From Nitrospina sp. (GTDB taxonomy: Bacteria > Nitrospinota > Nitrospinia > Nitrospinales > JACRGP01): a DNA stretch of 64,000 nt. Below, piece by piece: positions 10,916 to 19,579 of the stretch. The stretch lies in contig JACAVV010000013.1 in the NCBI GenBank assembly GCA_024648695.1, forward strand, positions 41,051-105,050, written 5' to 3'. The first letter of the stretch is position 1, and the number at the start of each line of letters is the position of its first letter. The position numbers and the translations under genes were made by a program. The notes beneath the pieces were generated by a model. It was not told where the DNA came from, ran no database searches, and worked only from the letters and a program-made list of their open reading frames with translations.

Positions 10916-12454
10916 TCATTCTTTGGAGAGGAAAAAAGTCTCCATTGCAGAGACCAAGGATTCAATAGTGTATTGTTCAGGCATAATATCAACCCGAAGG
11001 CCCTGCTTTTCTGCGGTTTTAGCGGTAATGGGCCCAATACATGCGAAGGTCACCCGATCCAATTGTTTGCGAGTTTCTTCAGGCAGGCTTTTCACAAACT
11101 CGGTCACGGTCGAGGAAGAGGTGAAGGTCACGACATCCACGCGGCCTTCTCGAATGCGTTCAGCCAAATCAGTTTCCCTGTTTTTAGGCGGAAGGGTTTG
11201 ATATGCCGGGACCACATCCACAACGGCACCCCGAGCCCGCAATTCCTCAGGCAGGGTTTCCCGTGCAACTTTTGCCCTGGGAAGCAGGAACCTTTTCCCT
11301 TTTACATTTTCCTCACCCATACTGTCCAAAAGAGATTCGGCAACGAATTTTTCGGGAACGACATCGACTCGGATTCCCCATAACTCAACCGCCGCCGCTG
11401 TTTTGGTACCGATGGCATACAAGCGCACGCCTTTCAATTCCCGAATATCATATCCTTGTGAATACAAGCGATCCCGGAAATAGCGCACTCCATTCACGCT
11501 GGTGAAGATCAAGCCGTCATATTCAGCCAGACCTTCCAAAACCCTGTCCAGAGGAGACCAGTCGTCGGGAGCCACGGTTTCAATAACCGGGTAGGCGATA
11601 GGTGCCGCACCCCGGTCCGCCAGCAACTCCAAAAATTCCTGAGACTGATCCTCTGGTCGCGTCACGACTACCGACTTTCCGAACAAGGGATAAGATTCAA
11701 ACCAGTCGATGGATTCCTTTAAATCGACCACTTCACCAATTATAGTGAGTGCGGGGGGTTTTATTTTTTCGCGAGTGGCGATTTCGACAATGGTGTTTAA
11801 TTTTCCCGTCCAGGTCTTTTGCCAAGGTGTGGTACCCCATTGAATGACAGCGACAGGCGTTTCAGGGTTTTTCCCGTATCGGGTCAGGTTGGCCACGATT
11901 TCAGGAAGCTTGCGCGCTCCCATTAAAAACACCAGGGTTCCCGAACGTTCAGCAATTTTCTCCCAATTGATACGGATTTCATCCGGATCGCTGGGACCCG
12001 TTATGCCGGTAATGATGGAGACACTCGAAGCGCAATCACGATGCGTGAGAGGAATGCCCGCATAGGCGGATACGCCAATGGGAGAAGTAACACCGGGGAC
12101 AATAACAAACGGGACTCCGGCCTGTTTCAAAGCTTGCGCTTCTTCGCCGCCTCTACCAAAGATAAAGGGATCACCGCCCTTCAAGCGAACTACAGTTTTA
12201 CCTTGCCGGGCCTTGTCTATCAGAAGGCGATTCATTTCATCTTGTTGGAATGTGACCTTTCCACTCGATTTTCCGGCGAAAAGACGTTCAGCATTCTTTG
12301 GGGCATAACGGAGAAGCTTACTATTAGCTAGTTGGTCGTATACCACAACGTTTGCCCGCTGTAACCAGGATTTCCCTTTAACAGTCAGCAATCCAGGATC
12401 CCCTGGCCCCGCACCAACCAGCACGACGGTCCCTAATACATTCGATTCAGGCAT
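10916..12454 (-). CDS. Fused uroporphyrinogen-III C-methyltransferase / uroporphyrinogen-III synthase (CobA-HemD)
   Basis: N-terminal SUMT motifs VVLVGAGPGDPGLLTVKG, VVRLKGGDPFIFGRGGEE and VPGVTS. The C-terminal ~250 aa has a HemD-like layout (VVVTRP...IFTSVNGV...VTFTSSSTV). I chose the start at MPESN (ATG 12452-12454), which overlaps the rsmA stop as ATGCCTGA. The track start at 12487 is also possible. Confidence 0.9.
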   Translation of the reverse strand: MPESNVLGTVVLVGAGPGDPGLLTVKGKSWLQRANVVVYDQLANSKLLRYAPKNAERLFAGKSSGKVTFQQDEMNRLLIDKARQGKTVVRLKGGDPFIFGRGGEEAQALKQAGVPFVIVPGVTSPIGVSAYAGIPLTHRDCASSVSIITGITGPSDPDEIRINWEKIAERSGTLVFLMGARKLPEIVANLTRYGKNPETPVAVIQWGTTPWQKTWTGKLNTIVEIATREKIKPPALTIIGEVVDLKESIDWFESYPLFGKSVVVTRPEDQSQEFLELLADRGAAPIAYPVIETVAPDDWSPLDRVLEGLAEYDGLIFTSVNGVRYFRDRLYSQGYDIRELKGVRLYAIGTKTAAAVELWGIRVDVVPEKFVAESLLDSMGEENVKGKRFLLPRAKVARETLPEELRARGAVVDVVPAYQTLPPKNRETDLAERIREGRVDVVTFTSSSTVTEFVKSLPEETRKQLDRVTFACIGPITAKTAEKQGLRVDIMPEQYTIESLVSAMETFFLSKE

Positions 12455-13241
12455 CACAGGTATCGATAAAATCGGAAATCGCCGCAAATTCCTTCTGCGA
12501 CAAGGTTTCGCCTCTGCGGCTAAGGTCTATTCCCGCCAATTCAATTTTATCCTGGTGGGTGACAAACTGCTGATTCCAGTGTTTAAAGTTGTTCTTCAAC
12601 ATTTTACGTTTATGGAAAAAAGCCGCGTTTACAATATTGAAAAAGGTCTTTTCGTTATTAACAGTCACCCGCGGCTGTTTTAAAGGAGTGACCCGGACCA
12701 CTGCAGAATCGACTTTGGGTGCGGGTGAAAAACTGGTTTTATCCACATTCAGAACGGGTTCCACATCACAATAATATTGCACATACACTGAGAGAGATCC
12801 ATAATCCTTTGAACCCGGTTCAGCAGTCAAGCGGTCCGCCACTTCTTTTTGTAGCATCAGAACCATTTCGGAAATATGCGAACGGTAATGGATCAATCGT
12901 TTGAGAATGGGAGTGGCGGCATAATAGGGTAGATTTGAAACGACCTTGAACCGTGGTCCTAAAGCGCTGAAATCATATTTTAGCGCATCGGCTTGTATAA
13001 GATAAAATTTGGGGTCGTTTCCAAACCGCTTTTTCAAAAGAGCAACCAATTTGGGATCCAGCTCCAGGGCCTTTAATGTTTGCGCCTGCTGTACCAAGTA
13101 GCCTGTCAAAGCCCCTTTTCCCGGCCCAATTTCCACAACGAGTTCGTCAGGCTGGATATTTGCGGAACACAAAATTTGGTCGACTACAATATCGTCGACC
13201 AAAAAGTTCTGGCCCAGGGCTTGCTTTTTTCTCATCGACAA
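12447..13241 (-). CDS. rsmA: 16S rRNA (adenine1518/1519-N6)-dimethyltransferase
   Basis: LGQNFLVD, VVEIGPGKGALT and SNLPYY motifs. Conserved pdxA-ksgA gene order. Confidence 0.93.
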   Translation of the reverse strand: MSMRKKQALGQNFLVDDIVVDQILCSANIQPDELVVEIGPGKGALTGYLVQQAQTLKALELDPKLVALLKKRFGNDPKFYLIQADALKYDFSALGPRFKVVSNLPYYAATPILKRLIHYRSHISEMVLMLQKEVADRLTAEPGSKDYGSLSVYVQYYCDVEPVLNVDKTSFSPAPKVDSAVVRVTPLKQPRVTVNNEKTFFNIVNAAFFHKRKMLKNNFKHWNQQFVTHQDKIELAGIDLSRRGETLSQKEFAAISDFIDTCDA

Positions 13242-14233
13242 ATTAATGAAGAGCGCACGAGGTCTACTGCAGAATGCATAGCATTGATCAGGCTATCGGG
13301 CGACGCCTCGCCCTTACCCACGATATCGAATGCCGTGCCATGATCAACGGACGTACGGATTATGGGAAGTCCCAGGGTGACGTTGACGGCATGCCCAAGA
13401 GAATCCATCTTGATTGGAATCATTCCCTGATCATGATACATGGTCACCACCGCGTGATAATCCATGGAATGAATTCTACCGAATAAAGCGTCAGCGGAAA
13501 AGGGTCCGTCTATAACACAACCCTCGTTTCTCAGTTTTTCCAGAACCGGAATGATGACAGTTTCTTCTTCATTGCCAAACACCCCGCCATCGCTGGCATG
13601 CGGATTCAATCCGGTGACGGCAATTTTTGGCTGTTCACATACATGGTTGGACAACCATTTATGGGTGATGCGCAGAATCGATTCCAATCGTTCACTTGTG
13701 AGCACGATACCAACATCTTTCAGAGAAAGATGGGTCGTCGCCAATACCACACGCAAGCGCTTGCCGGCCATCATCAGAGCCACTTCAGGCGTGTTTGTGA
13801 AATCAGCCAGCATCTCGGTATGCCCCGGATACGAGTAACCTGCCAGATGAAGCGCCTCCTTATTGATAGGGGCCGTAACCATGGCGTCTACTGCTTGCGA
13901 ACAGATTAAATCAACCGCTTTACGAATGTATGCAACCGCCGCCTTTCCTCCTTCGGCACTGGCCTTTCCGGGAATCAAGGAATCGACATTATGCAAATCG
14001 AACACATTCAGGCAATGGCCCGGAAAATAATTGGATTGAATATCCGGAACTTCACGAATCTCAATCTCCGGAGCCCACTTGCTCGCTTCACTGCGAAGAA
14101 ACCCGGCATCTCCAATCACAAAAAGGTTGCAATCGGGCAAGCGCGTAACATCACGAAATGCCTTCAGCACGATTTCGGGTCCGATTCCGGCAGGGTCCCC
14201 TAAAGTAATGGCTATCTTCGCTTTACCTGACAA
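13232..14233 (-). CDS. pdxA: 4-hydroxythreonine-4-phosphate dehydrogenase
   Basis: ITLGDPAGIGPEI, GHTEMLA, GLNPHA, DHGTAFDI. 333 aa, overlapping rsmA by 10 nt. Confidence 0.93.
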   Translation of the reverse strand: MSGKAKIAITLGDPAGIGPEIVLKAFRDVTRLPDCNLFVIGDAGFLRSEASKWAPEIEIREVPDIQSNYFPGHCLNVFDLHNVDSLIPGKASAEGGKAAVAYIRKAVDLICSQAVDAMVTAPINKEALHLAGYSYPGHTEMLADFTNTPEVALMMAGKRLRVVLATTHLSLKDVGIVLTSERLESILRITHKWLSNHVCEQPKIAVTGLNPHASDGGVFGNEEETVIIPVLEKLRNEGCVIDGPFSADALFGRIHSMDYHAVVTMYHDQGMIPIKMDSLGHAVNVTLGLPIIRTSVDHGTAFDIVGKGEASPDSLINAMHSAVDLVRSSLICR

Positions 14234-14309
14234 CGAAAATTATCTCCAAAAAAACTTAGCCCGGACCTTGCAAGAGGCCCGGGCTAAAGATGTTACTTAA
14301 AAAAAGAAA

Positions 14310-15944
14310 TCAGGAACGCAATTCCTTGATAACAGCCAGAGGTACCTGAGGACCGGCCTGCTTTATCTCCGCAGTCACATCATCCTCGTACTCCTTGAAA
14401 TTTTCCACAAACTGCGCCGCCAGGTTCCGGGCCTTTTCATCGTAGGCTTCCGGATTCTTCCAGGTGTTGCGTGGATTCAAAATTTCGGTGGGCACGCCTT
14501 CAACCGCTTCAGGAATTTGCAGACCGAAGATCGGATCCTCGTAAGTGGGAACATCATCCAGGTCACCGTTTAAAATGGCGTTGACCATAGCCCGCGTGTA
14601 AGCAATCTCCATTCGCTTGCCAACCCCATAAGGTCCACCTGTCCAACCGGTATTGACCAACCAGCAGTTCACATTATATTTATGTATCTTCTCACCCAGC
14701 AAGTTTGCATACACAGAAGGATGCAGGGCCATGAACGGGGCTCCAAAACATGTGCTGAACGTAGCCGACGGTTCCCGGCTCATACCCTTTTCGGTTCCGG
14801 CAACCTTGGCGGTGTAACCGGAAATGAAATGATACATCGCCTGGTCTGCGGACAATCTTGATACGGGAGGCATGACTCCAAAAGCATCACACGTGAGCAT
14901 GATCACATTTTTAGGATGGCCGCCCATGCCGGTTCGGCTGGCATTATCGATATGGGTGATCGGGTAAGCCGCCCTCGTATTTTCGGTCAGGCTGGGATCA
15001 TCCAGATCCAACCGACGGTCGGGGCCGATAACAACATTTTCCAGAACCGTTCCAAATCTGCGAGTGCATTCGTAAATTTCCGGTTCCGCTTCTTGCGACA
15101 GGCGAATGACTTTTGCGTAACACCCGCCTTCGAAATTGAAGACGCCGTCATCACTCCAGCCGGTTTCATCATCACCTATCAACTTACGGTTGGGGTCCGC
15201 AGAAAGCGTCGTTTTACCGGTACCGGAGAGACCGAAGAAAATAGCTGTTTCCCCGTCTTCACCCATATTTGCAGAGCAATGCATGGACAACACCTGGTTT
15301 TTGTGAGGGAGCAGGTAATTGAGAATGGTGAACACCGATTTCTTGATTTCTCCTGCATAACTACTTCCACCGATCAGGACCAACTGGCGACCAAAATCGA
15401 CGATACAAAACACATCCGAATTCGTTCCGTCAATGGATGGCACCGCTTTGAACCCAGGAACGTGGAGAATGGTGAAGGCCGGCTCATGGTTTTGCAGTTT
15501 GTTCTGATCCTTGATCTGGATGAACAAGTTTCGCGCAAACAAGCTGTGCCATGCCGTCTCGGTGATCACACGAATATGGATCTGATTTTTAGGGTCAGCG
15601 CCGGCACAACAATCCTGAATATACAAGCTCCTGCCCTGATAATAAGCCAGGACCCGGGATAGCAAGGCCTCGAATTTGTCCATTGGCATAGCCTTGTTCA
15701 CCTTGCCCCACCAAATGTTTTCCTGGCTTGAGGGTTCCTGAACGATGAATTTATCGTTGGGCGCGCGCCCTGTGTGCTCTCCCGTATTGACCAAAATAGG
15801 GCCTAAGTGGGAAATCACACCTTCATCGTTACGAATGACGTGTTCATAAAGTTCCGGCGTTGAGAGGTTCCAGAAACTCTCTTTAACGTTACGGATTCCA
15901 TGATGTTCTAAACCGATTTTATGCTTTAGGGCTTTCTGGGGCAT
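14310..15944 (-). CDS. pckA: Phosphoenolpyruvate carboxykinase (ATP)
   Basis: 544 aa with kinase-1a FFGLSGTGKTTLS, IGDDETGW and TGWTGG. Confidence 0.95.
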   Translation of the reverse strand: MPQKALKHKIGLEHHGIRNVKESFWNLSTPELYEHVIRNDEGVISHLGPILVNTGEHTGRAPNDKFIVQEPSSQENIWWGKVNKAMPMDKFEALLSRVLAYYQGRSLYIQDCCAGADPKNQIHIRVITETAWHSLFARNLFIQIKDQNKLQNHEPAFTILHVPGFKAVPSIDGTNSDVFCIVDFGRQLVLIGGSSYAGEIKKSVFTILNYLLPHKNQVLSMHCSANMGEDGETAIFFGLSGTGKTTLSADPNRKLIGDDETGWSDDGVFNFEGGCYAKVIRLSQEAEPEIYECTRRFGTVLENVVIGPDRRLDLDDPSLTENTRAAYPITHIDNASRTGMGGHPKNVIMLTCDAFGVMPPVSRLSADQAMYHFISGYTAKVAGTEKGMSREPSATFSTCFGAPFMALHPSVYANLLGEKIHKYNVNCWLVNTGWTGGPYGVGKRMEIAYTRAMVNAILNGDLDDVPTYEDPIFGLQIPEAVEGVPTEILNPRNTWKNPEAYDEKARNLAAQFVENFKEYEDDVTAEIKQAGPQVPLAVIKELRS

Positions 15945-16266
15945 TAATGGACTCCTTAAAGAAACATAATGGCAGAGGACCCTTCAAAGGGCTGAAGTTT
16001 GCCTGATTATTATAAATTCTGGGAAAGCTGGATCATTAACAATTACTGAAAATCCAAAAAATAACATTCAAGAACTCAAATGCTTAAATTTATTCGAATT
16101 TCAGGGAACCGAGATTTCACAATAGTCCCTTTTGTTCAAAATTTTGCTGTAAACTCATTGATTATAAATATGGTACCATATCATTTGGTAACCGCAACGG
16201 TTAATAACAGACGAGGCTTGAAAATCGTTAGCAAGCTGTCTTTTTTTACAAATATACCTGTAAAAA

Positions 16267-17220
16267 ATGTCATTTTTGTTACAAATTGGCCAAAACTTGA
16301 TGAATTTTTTCTCTAACATTCACCTTCCGCCAGAAGTTAAGATTTTACAAAGAGTGGAAACGCCTTACAACAATATCCTGGTGGTGCAAAACAAAAGTAT
16401 CCGGGAATTGTGGTTTCTTCAGAATAATGAATTTTTCCTGCAAAGCAAAATGAACATCAAACAACCAGAGTCGTTGGTTCTGGTGTATTCGCAACTGTTA
16501 ATGGCGTCACTTCTGTTCGTGCCTCATCCCAAAAACATTCTTGTGATCGGTTTGGGGGGTGGCGTGCTACCAATAACATTGAACACTCTTTATCCGGAAT
16601 CACATATTGATGTTGTGGAAATCGACTCCAAAATCACGGAACTTTGCAAAAAATATTTCAACCTGAAAGAATCTGAAAATTTGCGGGTGCATACCAATGA
16701 CGGCAGGTTGTTTCTAAAAGAACGGGACAAAAATTATTGTTATGACTTGGTCATTTTAGATGCATTTAAAAGCGGCTGGGTTCCTTTTCATCTGAAAACT
16801 TTTGAGTTTTACAAGGAAATTAATAATGCACTGACCCCTGAAGGTTTGGTTAGCTCCAACTTGTATGGGAAAAGCAATAAGCTGAAACCCAGAGATCTGA
16901 AAACGTTTAGCAAGGTTTTTAAACATATTTATCTGGTAGAAGACCCGAATGAAGTGGCCACAGTTTTAATCGCAAACAACGGTGAAAAACGTTTGGACAA
17001 GGAAACTCTGCGCGCAAAAGGATTGAATTTGAAAAAAGAAAAGCAGATTCCTTACGCACTGGATCTTCTACCGGAACTTATGGTAGAGGCCAAGTATCAG
17101 GACAGTTCTGCGCGTGAACTAAATGATAATTTCGCGAGTCACGAATTCTCCAGAATCGTGAAAGAGAACAATGACAACACTGGCAAAAGAAAACCTTACC
17201 CAATCCGAAGTTCGTCTTGA
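16267..17220 (+). CDS. Spermidine-synthase-like class I SAM-dependent transferase
   Basis: ILVIGLGGGVLP (SAM-binding glycine loop), DVVEID, LVILDAF. Spermidine synthase-like fold, with the start codon uncertain (16267 or 16300). Confidence 0.65.
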   Translation: MSFLLQIGQNLMNFFSNIHLPPEVKILQRVETPYNNILVVQNKSIRELWFLQNNEFFLQSKMNIKQPESLVLVYSQLLMASLLFVPHPKNILVIGLGGGVLPITLNTLYPESHIDVVEIDSKITELCKKYFNLKESENLRVHTNDGRLFLKERDKNYCYDLVILDAFKSGWVPFHLKTFEFYKEINNALTPEGLVSSNLYGKSNKLKPRDLKTFSKVFKHIYLVEDPNEVATVLIANNGEKRLDKETLRAKGLNLKKEKQIPYALDLLPELMVEAKYQDSSARELNDNFASHEFSRIVKENNDNTGKRKPYPIRSSS

Positions 17221-17291
17221 ACTTAAATTAAAAAAAACCAATTCCCGGATAAGTTCTTTTTATAAAATATTCCCGCTTTCAATGCTTTCTA

Positions 17292-18665
17292 ATGAATTCT
17301 AAAGAATCCTCCCTGCCCTCAAATACAACCAGGTTCCAAAAAACCAAGAGCCCGACGGTCACCATTATCATCGCAAATGAGAATACCAGGGAATCCCTTC
17401 AACTTTGCTTGTTATCTATAAATAAATATACCCAAATGCCTTTCAATGTATTGGTGGTTGATAACAATTCAACAGATGGTTCCATAGAAATGTTGCAACA
17501 ATTTCCCTGGGTGGAAACCTTAAAGCTTTCAGGGCTTAAGATTGGGGAACGTCATGGCAAAGCTTTGGATGCCGGGATTGCCCAGGTTCGAACAAAGTAC
17601 TTTTTAGTCCTCGATTCGGACATTGAAATTCTGGATCACAACTGGCTACAGGAATTGTTGGATGAAATTTTAAAAACAGATGCAGTTTTTGTGGGTGATA
17701 CGACTCCTGATTACAAAACAAAAATCGGAGGAAATTTCAGGGAACGTGCTTTTCCTCAATGTTTGTTGGTGAATACAGAATTTTTCAAGGAAAACAAGTG
17801 TACCTTTTCTCCGAAATATGATTGGGGAGGTAACAGTATTCAATTAGATGTGGGAGCTGACTTATTATCAAAAGTTAAAGAAAACAACAAACCCTATGCT
17901 CAACTTTCCCCTGGTGTAAAAAATAGATTGTTACATTATGAAGGGATTACCGCCGGAAAACTTTTTGAAACCAGTGAATGGCAGGATGACTTTGAACTGC
18001 GCCTAAAAAGCAGGAACGATTTAAACGTCACACAGGTATCGGGATTAAGAGCACACATTTCAAAAGCAATAGAAATAAAAAATGCCAAGGTCGATTTGAT
18101 CAATCATAGAATTGAGACCTTACTCAATAAGCCAAAAATGACAAGTTTTCCTTTTTCATCCTCAAAAAAAAAAGAACTGATCGGCGAGACTATAAAAAGC
18201 TTATCTTTTAATTTATACAACTTAGGGGAAGAATACTTTAGAAAAAAGCAATTCCAACCATGCATTGAAAAGTTTCAAGAGGCGAAACTTTATGCTGACC
18301 TGGATATTCAATGCCGGATTTTGGCCAGACTGGCTTTAGTTAATTTAAGAATTCAAAGCGTAAAGGAAATGAATAAAACCTTGAATCAATTGAATGAATT
18401 AGCTCCGCAAAACTCCGAAGTTTGTTATTCCATAGGTTCTATTTATAAAGAATATGGAGACATGCAAAACGCCAAAAAGTTTTTTGAAAAAATAATCAAA
18501 TCTGCGAACAAACATTCCAAACCGTTTAACTCTGGTGCGTATTTTCATTTGGGAGAAATCTCACTTATTTCTGGACGACAGGAAGAGGCAACTTCTCACT
18601 TCATTCAATGTTTAAAGATTAATCCTGAACATAAAAAAGCCAGCAAGTACCTGACTGAAATTTAA
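17292..18665 (+). CDS. Family 2 glycosyltransferase fused to C-terminal TPR repeats
   Basis: GT-A start VTIIIANENTRESLQLCLLSI...VLVVDNNSTDGS and DxD LVLDSDIEI. The C-terminal ~150 aa has TPR-like helices (YSIGSIYKEYGDMQNAKKFFEKI, YFHLGEISLISGRQEEATSHFIQCLKINPEH). Confidence 0.75.
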   Translation: MNSKESSLPSNTTRFQKTKSPTVTIIIANENTRESLQLCLLSINKYTQMPFNVLVVDNNSTDGSIEMLQQFPWVETLKLSGLKIGERHGKALDAGIAQVRTKYFLVLDSDIEILDHNWLQELLDEILKTDAVFVGDTTPDYKTKIGGNFRERAFPQCLLVNTEFFKENKCTFSPKYDWGGNSIQLDVGADLLSKVKENNKPYAQLSPGVKNRLLHYEGITAGKLFETSEWQDDFELRLKSRNDLNVTQVSGLRAHISKAIEIKNAKVDLINHRIETLLNKPKMTSFPFSSSKKKELIGETIKSLSFNLYNLGEEYFRKKQFQPCIEKFQEAKLYADLDIQCRILARLALVNLRIQSVKEMNKTLNQLNELAPQNSEVCYSIGSIYKEYGDMQNAKKFFEKIIKSANKHSKPFNSGAYFHLGEISLISGRQEEATSHFIQCLKINPEHKKASKYLTEI

Positions 18666-18802
18666 GGACAATTTTTGTTTAGGTCTGTTCGATTGACAAG
18701 GTTGTTTGTAAAAGCTAAAATTTTTCCTGACTATTCAAATCGATTTCTTTTTTCTTTCCAAAAGCCATTTCATAACACCTTTCAAACTTTACCCTTAAAA
18801 AG

Positions 18803-19561
18803 ATGCTGGATTTCCTTGGAATTGGGGCACAAAAAGCGGCCACTACCTGGTTATTTGTGATTTTGGAACAACATAACAATATTCTTTTTCCTGCTATAGA
18901 TAAAAGTCTGGATCATTGGAATAAAGAAATTCGTTATTGGAATTCACACCGTGACCGCGGAATCGAATGGTACAAATCCATTTTTGAGGGAGAAGACAAA
19001 CACAAAATTAAAGGAGAAATCACTCCCGAATATGCCACCCTGCCAAGGGAAATCATTAAAGAAATTCATTACCATTTTCCCAGGGTAAAAGTTTTATATA
19101 CTTTAAGAAACCCAATACAACGCGCCTGGTCAATGGCGATTATGGATTTAAATTTTGCAAATGCGGATATTTCAAATACCTCGGATCAATGGTTCATGGA
19201 CCATTTCAACCGTCAGGAATCCCTTGCCAATGGCGATTATGAAACTTGCCTGAAAAACTGGAAAGGCGTATTTCCAGATGACCAGATTCTTGTTTTATAC
19301 TACGAAAACCTGGTGGAAAATCATCTTGGCTTTATTACGCAGGTCTGCGACTTTCTTGAAATTGAAAGCGACGTATACAAAACAATGAATTCAGAAAAAT
19401 TAAGGAAAGCCGTGTGGTCGGGAGGGCATCCGGTGATCAGATCTTCTCTAATACCCTACCTCACCGATTTGTATAAAAACAAAATTGAGTTGCTTTCTGA
19501 CTATCTTGAAAAAGATTTATCCGGATGGTTGATGGAAGGGGAACTCTTGACTCATGTATAA
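18803..19561 (+). CDS. PAPS-dependent sulfotransferase family protein
   Basis: 5'-PSB loop GIGAQKAATTWL and 3'-PB motif TLRNPIQRAWS. 252 aa with no signal peptide. Confidence 0.8.
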   Translation: MLDFLGIGAQKAATTWLFVILEQHNNILFPAIDKSLDHWNKEIRYWNSHRDRGIEWYKSIFEGEDKHKIKGEITPEYATLPREIIKEIHYHFPRVKVLYTLRNPIQRAWSMAIMDLNFANADISNTSDQWFMDHFNRQESLANGDYETCLKNWKGVFPDDQILVLYYENLVENHLGFITQVCDFLEIESDVYKTMNSEKLRKAVWSGGHPVIRSSLIPYLTDLYKNKIELLSDYLEKDLSGWLMEGELLTHV

Positions 19562-19579
19562 GTTTAAAACGGTTTCCAA

